A stretch of DNA of 44,326 bases from a virus, in the IMG/VR virus record IMGVR_UViG_3300021339_000003, positions 1-44,326 of that record; one strand, written 5' to 3'. The position numbers and the translations under genes are program-made. Shown here piece after piece: positions 24,132-31,181 of the stretch. Numbering within the stretch: the first letter of the stretch is position 1; each line of letters starts with the position of its first letter. Under the pieces are notes generated by a model. It saw nothing but the letters and a program-made list of their open reading frames with translations, searched no databases and was not told where the DNA came from.

Positions 24132-24829
24132 TGCGGTTGCTTTTCGCCGGGTTGGCTCACGGCGGTGTTCGGCATACCCTTCCACGCCTTCGTCACCCAA
24201 TGGTCAGGTGGAAAGCTGTCGTTCTTTGGCTGGCCGTGGAAGCACAGCACAGAGCCTGTGACGGGCTGGCGTAGCTTCTCCTGAATCTTCCAGCTTTGGA
24301 AGACCCCCGGGAAGAGCGGTTGCAGCCCGCGGTGGACGTACTGTCCCACGATTGAGCCGTCTCCGTTGGACCAACCGGGCTTGCACACGGGCCTACGACA
24401 GAACTCCGCATGGATGGCCTCTGTCTCCGCGCAGGGAACCCACGCCATGACGCCCGTCGCCGCTCTGTGAGGCGCAAAGAAGTCGTCCAAGAGCAGGAGC
24501 CGTCCTCCGGCTACGATCTTCGCTTCCAGATCGGGGATCGGCTTCAGGATGAGCGAGTCCAAATCGACGTAGAGCACCGGACCCTCAAAGAGGCCCGGAG
24601 CCCACAGGTTCAACTTGGAGAACCACCCCGGCCACGGCTGGGGCAGTGGCACAAGACGAACAGCTTCAAACGGAGCGCACATGATTGGAGCCCCGCCGTT
24701 GAAGTCGTCTGTCAGGCAGACAATCTGGTCTGGTTGGAGGTGGTTGCGCACCTGACGGCAAAGGCGCTGCGTCCACGTGTGGTCATACGCGCCTCCCGAG
24801 CGCATCACGGTTACGAACGTCAGGCTCAT
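24128..24829 (-). CDS. DxD glycosyltransferase-like protein (phage nucleotide-diphospho-sugar transferase family)
   Basis: MSLTFVTVMRSGGAYDH...IVCLTDD...PWPGWFSKLNLWAP...GPVLYVDLDSLIL is a pattern common in phage GT-A proteins. Confidence 0.6.
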   Translation of the reverse strand: MSLTFVTVMRSGGAYDHTWTQRLCRQVRNHLQPDQIVCLTDDFNGGAPIMCAPFEAVRLVPLPQPWPGWFSKLNLWAPGLFEGPVLYVDLDSLILKPIPDLEAKIVAGGRLLLLDDFFAPHRAATGVMAWVPCAETEAIHAEFCRRPVCKPGWSNGDGSIVGQYVHRGLQPLFPGVFQSWKIQEKLRQPVTGSVLCFHGQPKNDSFPPDHWVTKAWKGMPNTAVSQPGEKQPQ

Positions 24830-24969
24830 GGCTGTTCCCCGTCGTCGTCCTCGTCATGTGTCTGGTCCCCCAGCGACCAGACGGTGAGGGCGCAGAGCGC
24901 AAGGAAGGCGCAGCCGAAGCCCAAGGCAATCCACCACGTGGTAGGCAAATCTGAGATGGCTGCGATCAT
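24826..24969 (-). CDS. small single-pass membrane protein (47 aa; below the ORF-track cutoff)
   Basis: MIAAISDLPTTWWIALGFGCAFLALCALTVWSLGDQTHDEDDDGEQP. ATGA overlaps at both ends fit the operon's gene chain exactly. Confidence 0.55.
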   Translation of the reverse strand: MIAAISDLPTTWWIALGFGCAFLALCALTVWSLGDQTHDEDDDGEQP

Positions 24970-25214
24970 GGTGCCTTGTTTAATTCGGCCATGAGCGCGT
25001 CAGCAAACTCCACGCAATTGACCGCAAGGCCGCGCTTGAAGGTAATGCCGTGCTCTTTACAGGCGGTATCAAGTCCGCTGACCCACTTGGGGTCAGACAT
25101 CAGCGCCACTGCGGCGGTGGCCGCAAAATACGCGCGCTGGGTCATGCCGTGAACTGTGATGGTGCGCGTTAAGTAATTCTTGTCCCACACGGTGGGATGC
25201 GGGTCGTCGGTCAT
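24966..25214 (-). CDS. hypothetical protein (82 aa)
   Basis: ATG 25214 in an ATGA overlap with the upstream stop. The longer track ORF would overlap the upstream gene extensively. Confidence 0.55.
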   Translation of the reverse strand: MTDDPHPTVWDKNYLTRTITVHGMTQRAYFAATAAVALMSDPKWVSGLDTACKEHGITFKRGLAVNCVEFADALMAELNKAP

Positions 25215-25723
25215 GGTGTTCTTTCGCTGTTGGTGAGCTTGAGGTGACAGGCTTTGCACAAAACACGGTAGCCCTTCGGGTTTTCCGGCGTGAGGCGTCT
25301 GACAAACTCTCCCACGTCCTCGTACGAGAGCAGTTTCCCCACGGCTACGACGTGGTGTATCTCCACCCGCTTTCGCGGGAACGGCTTGGCGCAGAGCGAA
25401 CAGACGTACGCCCATTTCTGGCCGTTGGGGCCTCTACAAGCGACGCGTGCGCTGTGCAGCGCGATGACGGCCGGCTTCCAGAAACGAAACAGGCGGCGCA
25501 GCCCGGAACGCAGCATGCCCCAATAAGCGGCCTCCGTGATGGTGCTGGCGTTGCGTGTGCGCGGTACGCGCCCCTTTTGAGGCGCAGGGAGGGTGATGGG
25601 TGCGGCTGGAGGCGTAGCGGCCTCAGGATTGAGGAATGGTGCGAGCTGGCGCTGAAGCCAAAGCGGCTTGGTCACTATGGTGTCAGCCGTGAACAGCAGA
25701 GAGGATTTGGTGGTGCGGCTCAC
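25211..25723 (-). CDS. HNH (His-Me finger) nuclease
   Basis: YVCSLCAKPFPRKRVEIHHVVAVG...YRVLCKACHLKLTNSE (CxxC...HH...CxxCH..K). GTG 25723 lies in a GTGA overlap with the upstream stop. The track start at 25738 is a TTG. Confidence 0.7.
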   Translation of the reverse strand: MSRTTKSSLLFTADTIVTKPLWLQRQLAPFLNPEAATPPAAPITLPAPQKGRVPRTRNASTITEAAYWGMLRSGLRRLFRFWKPAVIALHSARVACRGPNGQKWAYVCSLCAKPFPRKRVEIHHVVAVGKLLSYEDVGEFVRRLTPENPKGYRVLCKACHLKLTNSERTP

Positions 25724-25950
25724 GACGGCACCGTCCAATCCCCGCCCACCGTGGACGGTTGCGGCCCCATGGCCTCAAGCTCGTGATCCTCGCTCACCGT
25801 CACCGTGAAGCCCAGCCGGTTGAGCTTCGAGGAGAGCACAGCAGCGGCAAAGGCAGAGTTACAGGCACAGAAGAAATGAGCGGGCAGGCCGTGGCGCTTG
25901 CGCCTGATGCGGCTGGCCACGTCGGCGGGCTCGTAAGTGGGAATGGTCAT
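25720..25950 (-). CDS. hypothetical protein (76 aa)
   Basis: ATGA overlap with the upstream gene; coding-like composition. Confidence 0.55.
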   Translation of the reverse strand: MTIPTYEPADVASRIRRKRHGLPAHFFCACNSAFAAAVLSSKLNRLGFTVTVSEDHELEAMGPQPSTVGGDWTVPS

Positions 25951-26177
25951 TGTCTTTTAAGTCGCTCCAGTTCGCGCAGCATGCGCACGAGGTGATCGCG
26001 AAAGATACCGTTCGACAGTTCGCTCTCCATTGACTCGACGATTGAGCGGACAAATGCGACGTGCTCAGGACGGCACAGCTCGTCGTCGGACATCAACGCA
26101 GTCTTTGTCTTTGGGGCTCTCGTAGTCCGACAAGTGACCCACGGCTTGCCGTCTGGGCGGATGCAATAGCCTCTCAT
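25947..26177 (-). CDS. hypothetical protein (76 aa)
   Basis: ATG 26177 in an ATGA overlap. Product MRGYCIRPDGKPWVTC... Confidence 0.55.
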   Translation of the reverse strand: MRGYCIRPDGKPWVTCRTTRAPKTKTALMSDDELCRPEHVAFVRSIVESMESELSNGIFRDHLVRMLRELERLKRQ

Positions 26178-26452
26178 GGTTTCTTCTTCCGGTTGGCTTC
26201 CTTCACTGACGCCTCGGCCTCTTTCCACGACTCGTGGACAGCCCCGAACAGCCCCACGAAATCAATCGACACCTCTTTGCCTGTCTTGCCGCGCACCTTG
26301 CAGCACACGTTGGGGATCTTCCCCGGCCCGAAGGGCACGATGGGCTTGGTCTCGATCACTTCACCACAGAAGCGGACGGAACCAGCGGTGGGCACGAGTA
26401 GTGCCATGGAGGCGGGATCGGCTTGAAACGAAACTATCGTGCCCGGTTTCAT
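26174..26452 (-). CDS. hypothetical protein (92 aa)
   Basis: ATGA overlaps at both ends. Confidence 0.6.
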   Translation of the reverse strand: MKPGTIVSFQADPASMALLVPTAGSVRFCGEVIETKPIVPFGPGKIPNVCCKVRGKTGKEVSIDFVGLFGAVHESWKEAEASVKEANRKKKP

Positions 26453-26709
26453 CGCTTCTTCGGCTCTGTCTCGCGCACAGCCATTTCGCGTAGCAGATTA
26501 TCGAGAAAGAATTCCCTCACCGCTCGCACGTGCTTGCACGTGGCGCTTCCGCCGTCGCGGATGATCGGCCAGCGCCGTGTCTGCCAGTCCTTGCAGGAGC
26601 AGGCGGAACGGCCGGCGTTCTCAGTGAGATCGACAATATGCACCGAGCGCGGGTCGCTCTCGCTCTGCACGGTGTAAACCATGCGTCCGCCTGTGGCTTT
26701 CACTTCCAT
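26449..26709 (-). CDS. SWIM-type zinc-finger protein (86 aa)
   Basis: CSCKDW...(16 aa)...CKHVRAV matches the CxC...CxH SWIM signature. Confidence 0.6.
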   Translation of the reverse strand: MEVKATGGRMVYTVQSESDPRSVHIVDLTENAGRSACSCKDWQTRRWPIIRDGGSATCKHVRAVREFFLDNLLREMAVRETEPKKR

Positions 26710-27194
26710 CAGAATGTCTGGTTGCTGGCGTAAGCCTTGGCCGCGCGCTTGGCTCGCTCGCTCTCTCCGGCAGCCTTGGCGTTGTCCTGCTCCTCACGGC
26801 GTTTGTACTCGGCCCGCAGGATCTCCTTGGCCTTGGTCCACACGCTCTCGGCTGTCATCACCTCGCACAGTGTCACAGACGAAAGGAGGTAGCCCTTGCG
26901 CAACCCGTACTCGTCAATCGGCAGCGCCCTGAACTTCGCCACATTGGCGAGTGATTCCTCTGAATGGTCGCTCTCTACCCACGTGGCGCTGCCATCGGGG
27001 TTGATCTTTACAGCCCGCCACGTTGTGGGGAGCTGTCCCCCGCAGAACGTGCAGAACCCGGGCTTGAACGGGCGGCGAATGAATTCGTCCTTCAGGACGA
27101 CAGAGCCCTTCGAGAAGACGAGAAACGACGCGAGACGCTTGGCTCTGGAATCGGAATCGAGCGCAGCGCAGAGGGTGATAGGGGCCGTGCTCAT
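26709..27194 (-). CDS. hypothetical protein (161 aa)
   Basis: A clean ORF after the intergenic hairpin. Contains CTFCGG. Lys/Glu-rich C-terminus. Confidence 0.6.
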   Translation of the reverse strand: MSTAPITLCAALDSDSRAKRLASFLVFSKGSVVLKDEFIRRPFKPGFCTFCGGQLPTTWRAVKINPDGSATWVESDHSEESLANVAKFRALPIDEYGLRKGYLLSSVTLCEVMTAESVWTKAKEILRAEYKRREEQDNAKAAGESERAKRAAKAYASNQTF

Positions 27195-27214
27195 GTTTGG
27201 GAAGAAGGAGGAGG

Positions 27215-27270
27215 AGCCGAACCACGCGATACAGCCGACTGCTGCGGCTGATCGCTGGGCTTGTTCGGCT
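27215..27270 (-). other. nested hairpin in an early-operon intergenic gap (attenuator or processing site candidate)
   Basis: Outer arms AGCCGAAC (27215-27222) / GTTCGGCT (27263-27270) enclose CAGCCG-actgctg-CGGCTG. On the mRNA it sits directly after the stop at 27271 and is followed by CCTCCTCCTTCTTCCC. Confidence 0.4.
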
Positions 27271-27705
27271 TCATCGTCTGAACCTCGGTTGCTCGGCTTG
27301 GTCGTAATGGCCTTCGTGAATCTTCGCCAGATGGTCAGGCTCCAGCATCCAAAACAGATCGGCGAACGGCTTTCCCGTTAGGAAGCGTGCCTGCTGGCAT
27401 CGCTCAAATGTCCCTTTGATCGTCTCCAGCGGATCGCCTTCGGCCGCGCTTGACCACTTGTAGAAATCGGCCAGCACCTTGCGCCGCGCAGGGGTCAGCA
27501 TGCCAATGCGCGGCTGTCCCGGCAGCATCTCGTGGTAGGCGTCCACAATGGCGCGGTAGGGCACGTCGTTGTAGGGGACGAGCGCCAAGTCGGGGCGTCC
27601 CGCAATCCTTTTGGATCTCTTGGGCTTCACGGCCTTGGGAAGACGGGCGGCGAGCATCAATTCGATGCGCTCCAGACAGGCGAGGATTTGTGAGGCGTCG
27701 CTCAT
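27271..27705 (-). CDS. hypothetical protein (144 aa), resembles small conserved proteins of phage replication modules
   Basis: ATG 27705 (ATGA overlap). LTPARRKVLADFYKW...FERCQQARFLTGKPFADLFWMLEPDHLAKIHEGHY recalls the ...FL.G...DF.W.L....KI.EG.Y family (from memory, unverified). Confidence 0.4.
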   Translation of the reverse strand: MSDASQILACLERIELMLAARLPKAVKPKRSKRIAGRPDLALVPYNDVPYRAIVDAYHEMLPGQPRIGMLTPARRKVLADFYKWSSAAEGDPLETIKGTFERCQQARFLTGKPFADLFWMLEPDHLAKIHEGHYDQAEQPRFRR

Positions 27706-28142
27706 GGTATTGGTGCGATGTCTGGAGAGAACCCCGGGTGCTTTGTCGCCATGTGCTGCGCCAACTGTTTGAACGTGCGATTGCAACACGGGCAGACGCC
27801 GTGTTTCACCCGCCTCTTCACGAGACTCAGGTGTCCGCGAAAAGCGTTGCGACTGCGCTCCGCTGCATCAGCTCGTTCGCTTTGCGCCTTGCGTGCCGCC
27901 TCCAAGTGCTCGCGCTCTGTCTGGAGGCGCGCAATCTCCCTGTCCTTGCGCTGTACCTCTCCATCGCCATAGCCGCGCTCGATTTTGCAATAGGGGCAGG
28001 TCCAAGGAAGTCGGAACAGGCCGACGCGGGCTGCTTCTTCTTTGTACGAAGCCGAAATCGCGTACACCCCCCCGCATTCGGGGCAGACGATTGGCTTTAG
28101 GAAGTTTGAAACAGCAGTGGAGTCGATTGTGATTTGAGCCAT
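27702..28142 (-). CDS. zinc-finger / coiled-coil protein (146 aa)
   Basis: CPECGG...CPYC, a central charged heptad region, and a C-terminal CPCCNRTFKQLAQHMATKHP (C2H2-like). Confidence 0.55.
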   Translation of the reverse strand: MAQITIDSTAVSNFLKPIVCPECGGVYAISASYKEEAARVGLFRLPWTCPYCKIERGYGDGEVQRKDREIARLQTEREHLEAARKAQSERADAAERSRNAFRGHLSLVKRRVKHGVCPCCNRTFKQLAQHMATKHPGFSPDIAPIP

Positions 28143-28151
28143 GGAAATTCT

Positions 28152-28199
28152 GCCCTCGGTTTCCCGGCACGAGGGCGGGCCTCTCAGTCCCTTCGGGAC
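28152..28199 (-). other. two adjacent hairpins in a 59-bp early intergenic gap
   Basis: GCCCTCG (28152-58) / CGAGGGC (28170-76), and GTCCC-ttc-GGGAC (28187-99). Confidence 0.4.
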
Positions 28200-28201
28200 A
28201 A

Positions 28202-28807
28202 TTACTTGGCCGCGATCTTCTCGGCATCCTTGGCCGGCGTCATCTCGATCACTTGCCCGGAAGCGGCAGGCAGCGCCCTGCGGGACGCCTTGGGCGGCTC
28301 CATGCCGGGGAAATAGAGCTGCGCCCCGCCTGCGGCAATCAGCTCGTTGGCCTCCTGCACCTCGACGCTGTTCTCCCCGTGGCGCTTGGCCACGTCATCG
28401 AACCACGCGAAGATGCGCGTGGGCCGCTGCATGATGAGTTTCACGCGATCATTACCGTCGAGGACGTTGTTGCCCTCGTCGTCGGTCTTGACCTTGAGAA
28501 AGCTCAACTGCCGATCGACCACGGCGTCACGCTGGGCAGGCGTGAGCCCGTCCCAGCAGCGGGCATCAATGAGGATTTCCGCGTCACCACGGCCCGCGCC
28601 ACGGTCGCGCTGGCTGATGATGCGCGTCTTGGCGACTTGGACGCCGCCCCATTGCTTGATGGGCGCTCCGTCGTCATCCTCCTGCGGCGTGACAAAAAGG
28701 ACGTCCAGTCGGGCTCGTCCCTTTACGAGCCCTTTGTGGAACTTCCCTGCGATCTTCTTCACCCGTTTTTGTACGTCGGCGGGCGCGACTGAGTAGCGGT
28801 TGGACAT
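28202..28807 (-). CDS. hypothetical protein (201 aa), possibly a degenerate phage metallopeptidase-like fold
   Basis: The layout (...KFHKGL....RLDVLFV...ILIDARCWDGLTPAQRDAVVDRQLSFL...) recalls a phage family whose members carry DHELxH at the position of DRQLSF. This is memory-based and unverified. Confidence 0.3.
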   Translation of the reverse strand: MSNRYSVAPADVQKRVKKIAGKFHKGLVKGRARLDVLFVTPQEDDDGAPIKQWGGVQVAKTRIISQRDRGAGRGDAEILIDARCWDGLTPAQRDAVVDRQLSFLKVKTDDEGNNVLDGNDRVKLIMQRPTRIFAWFDDVAKRHGENSVEVQEANELIAAGGAQLYFPGMEPPKASRRALPAASGQVIEMTPAKDAEKIAAK

Positions 28808-28809
28808 AT

Positions 28810-28941
28810 CTATTTTTGGTTGTGCGACACAAATTCAGTCCAGAGCTTCAGCGCCTCGGCTCTCAGCTCGTACCACCGGCATTGGGCTGCAATGAGCAGC
28901 GGGTCTGCCTTGGTGCTGAACCCCCACGCGTCGAGGTTCAT
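28810..28941 (-). CDS. small hypothetical protein (43 aa; below the ORF-track cutoff)
   Basis: MNLDAWGFSTKADPLLIAAQCRWYELRAEALKLWTEFVSHNQK. Its ATG lies in an ATGA overlap with the upstream stop, and its TAG is 2 nt before the next ATG. Confidence 0.45.
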   Translation of the reverse strand: MNLDAWGFSTKADPLLIAAQCRWYELRAEALKLWTEFVSHNQK

Positions 28942-29261
28942 GCTTCGGCTGCGGCAATCCAGCTTTGGAGCCGTGAATGACTCCAGTCGCGGAGCATGTT
29001 GAAAAGAACGATGGCCGGTGTGTTATCGCACGGCCGGTTGTCGGCAATGCGACTCATGAAGTCGCCGTAATCAGGGTGTTCAAGGCAGAGGTTGACGTGA
29101 CCCGTGCGCAGAATCTCAGCAGTGAAACAGAGGCCAGCGGCCTGAATTTCAGATAACTGTTTGTGCCAATCGCATGCAACCACGCAAGAATCCGCAATTC
29201 GCTCCCCGCCCCGGTGGATATGCCAAACAGGAACGACGGTTGTTTTGGTTGGAGTGGCCAT
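28938..29261 (-). CDS. hypothetical protein (107 aa)
   Basis: TGA-GCC-ATG junction with the upstream gene; Cys/His-rich. Confidence 0.6.
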   Translation of the reverse strand: MATPTKTTVVPVWHIHRGGERIADSCVVACDWHKQLSEIQAAGLCFTAEILRTGHVNLCLEHPDYGDFMSRIADNRPCDNTPAIVLFNMLRDWSHSRLQSWIAAAEA

Positions 29262-29264
29262 GGC

Positions 29265-29906
29265 TCAAAAAGGCACATCCTCGTCTGCTCCCGCGTCCGT
29301 CTGATTGGCCGCTTCACGTTCCGTGACGGGCTGGGAGCGTGGAGCACGAGCAGCAGCGGGAGGTGGCGCAGCCTGCCGGACAGGCTCGGCTTCCTCCTTT
29401 GCGCCGTTGGGCGCGAGCTTCCCCTTTTCCAGCACGGCAGCGATGCGCAGGATGGACGAGGCGTTCTCCCAAACCCGTTTCCAGAAGTCGGGGCTCGCGA
29501 TGACGCGCCCGCCCGGTTGCTCGAATTCCTTCACGGTTACAGTGACGGCCTGATTGAGACTCATCCCGACTTGCACGCCCAAGAACTGGGCCGGTTGCTG
29601 GTCCGCTACGGGCTTGAAGTTGCCCGGGGGCTGTCTTGCCCCTCCCCCGCCATTGGCGGGCCTCTGGGAGCCGTAGGATTGGCCCTGTCCGGGCTTGGTG
29701 AGCTTGAGCTTCTGGTCTCCGCGCTTGGTTTCCCCATTGAGGGCGTATTCCACTTCCTCCCCCTCGCGGAATGGGGAACGTTCGCTCTTGTGGTTGGCGA
29801 CGCCCCGTGTCCCGTCGTCCAAATCGTAGATGAAGGCGAAAAGACGGCCGTTGTCCGTGGAGAACGAGCCGTCGGGCGTGATGGTCTGAATCAGTGCTGT
29901 TGGCAT
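29265..29906 (-). CDS. protein with SSB-type acidic C-terminal tip (single-strand-binding protein or SSB-interactome mimic)
   Basis: 213 aa from ATG 29906. It ends ...NQTDAGADEDVPF (compare the bacterial SSB tip DDDIPF), preceded by a Pro/Ala linker. It has a Gly/Gln-rich internal linker. The N-terminal ~70 aa are beta-rich but not a canonical SSB OB sequence. Confidence 0.55.
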   Translation of the reverse strand: MPTALIQTITPDGSFSTDNGRLFAFIYDLDDGTRGVANHKSERSPFREGEEVEYALNGETKRGDQKLKLTKPGQGQSYGSQRPANGGGGARQPPGNFKPVADQQPAQFLGVQVGMSLNQAVTVTVKEFEQPGGRVIASPDFWKRVWENASSILRIAAVLEKGKLAPNGAKEEAEPVRQAAPPPAAARAPRSQPVTEREAANQTDAGADEDVPF

Positions 29907-29922
29907 TGGTGGTGGTGAAAGG

Positions 29923-30150
29923 TTAGTCGCAGACGTGGGGACGCTCGTTGTACCAGCGGGCCAACCCGGCCCGGACAGAGGCGCAGGCTGCGACAAACTC
30001 AGCCGCCTCCTCCGGCGTGGCGTCCCGTAGGATGGCCCCGTGGGGCAGGATGGTACGCCCAAGGCGTGTCTGTAGTTCCCGACCATTGGCAACCAGCTCG
30101 CCTGTTTCGGCGTGGCCGTGGCGGTTGATGTAGACGACGAGGTTGGTCAT
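29923..30150 (-). CDS. hypothetical protein (75 aa)
   Basis: ATGA overlap with the upstream gene. Confidence 0.55.
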   Translation of the reverse strand: MTNLVVYINRHGHAETGELVANGRELQTRLGRTILPHGAILRDATPEEAAEFVAACASVRAGLARWYNERPHVCD

Positions 30151-30389
30151 GCGTCGTGAAAGTTGGAACGGGCTGGCGGCGTGACGATACAGCCCTCGAC
30201 ACGATCGCGGTCACGGGCAGCCATGGTGCGCAGCTCCAAATCCGTGGGAGGCTCCTGCCGTGGCGTGGAGGCGAGGGCAACTAGCTCCTCATCGGAGAGC
30301 GGCCTTCCGGCCCGCTCCATGGCTTCGCGCACCTCAAGACGCGTCAGGACGCGACCAACGAGGCGTTGCGGGATGAATAGCGTGGTCAT
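30147..30389 (-). CDS. hypothetical protein (80 aa)
   Basis: ATG 30389 in a CACC-ATG context, 4 nt after the upstream stop. An alternative ATG exists at 30440. Confidence 0.5.
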   Translation of the reverse strand: MTTLFIPQRLVGRVLTRLEVREAMERAGRPLSDEELVALASTPRQEPPTDLELRTMAARDRDRVEGCIVTPPARSNFHDA

Positions 30390-30393
30390 GGTG

Positions 30394-30765
30394 TCAGGTG
30401 GTGGTGGTGGTGTGCTTGAGGGCCGCGCGGGCGCGATCACGGCGCAGCACGTTGAGCAGCGCGGTTACAACCGTAAGCGCGTTTGCGTCCGCGTAGAACT
30501 GACCAAAGGCGTCAGTGCAGCCCGCAAGGTTGAGAGAGGAAGCCAATTCCTCCAGTGGCTTGGTTGCCATTGGTTCCAGCGCCTCACGCAGCCGGTCACG
30601 CTCCGCAAGGAGCGCGGGCAGGTTGGTCTCGCGGTCGATTATCTCGCGAATCACTCCCTCACGAGGGCACACGCCTTCGGAGTGCTCCTGCATGACGTAG
30701 GTTTGTACGCAATTGGCTGCCCGCAACGCAGCCTCGCTGGCCGCTGCCTTTGGTTTGGTGGTCAC
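30394..30765 (-). CDS. hypothetical protein (123 aa)
   Basis: GTG 30765 lies in a GTGA overlap with the upstream stop. Confidence 0.55.
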   Translation of the reverse strand: MTTKPKAAASEAALRAANCVQTYVMQEHSEGVCPREGVIREIIDRETNLPALLAERDRLREALEPMATKPLEELASSLNLAGCTDAFGQFYADANALTVVTALLNVLRRDRARAALKHTTTTT

Positions 30766-31181
30766 GTGGCCTTTCCGGGGGTTGTGGCGCGGGCAATGGC
30801 TCGCGCAAGCAGGACAACGGATTCATCCGCTTCTTCCGCTTTCTGGCGAAGTTCTGCGGCCTTATGTTTCTGGTGTTCGATGGCGCGAGCAATCCGACCA
30901 GCGCAGGCCTCGTCGAAAGATTCGTAGCGGGCGGAACCCCAGCGAGGCTCCCGCCATTCGTAGTCGTGAATGCTGACGCACCCCGACGGGATGTCGGCGA
31001 TCCAGTCTTCACTGCCCCCCATACCACCCTTGACGCGCAGCCACGTCAGGCCGAGCCGTTCAACCCTGGCGTCAAACTCCTGCAACACCCACCCGCCAAC
31101 CTCTTTTTCAATTGGTGGCTTAATCAGCTTCGCCCCCTTTGGGAGCACACTGTTGGGAGCAATCAACTTCAGCTTTGCCAT
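30762..31181 (-). CDS. hypothetical protein, first gene of the leftward early operon
   Basis: ATG 31181 (MAKLKLIAPN...). An alternative GTG exists at 31190. A non-coding control region lies upstream. Confidence 0.6.
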   Translation of the reverse strand: MAKLKLIAPNSVLPKGAKLIKPPIEKEVGGWVLQEFDARVERLGLTWLRVKGGMGGSEDWIADIPSGCVSIHDYEWREPRWGSARYESFDEACAGRIARAIEHQKHKAAELRQKAEEADESVVLLARAIARATTPGKAT

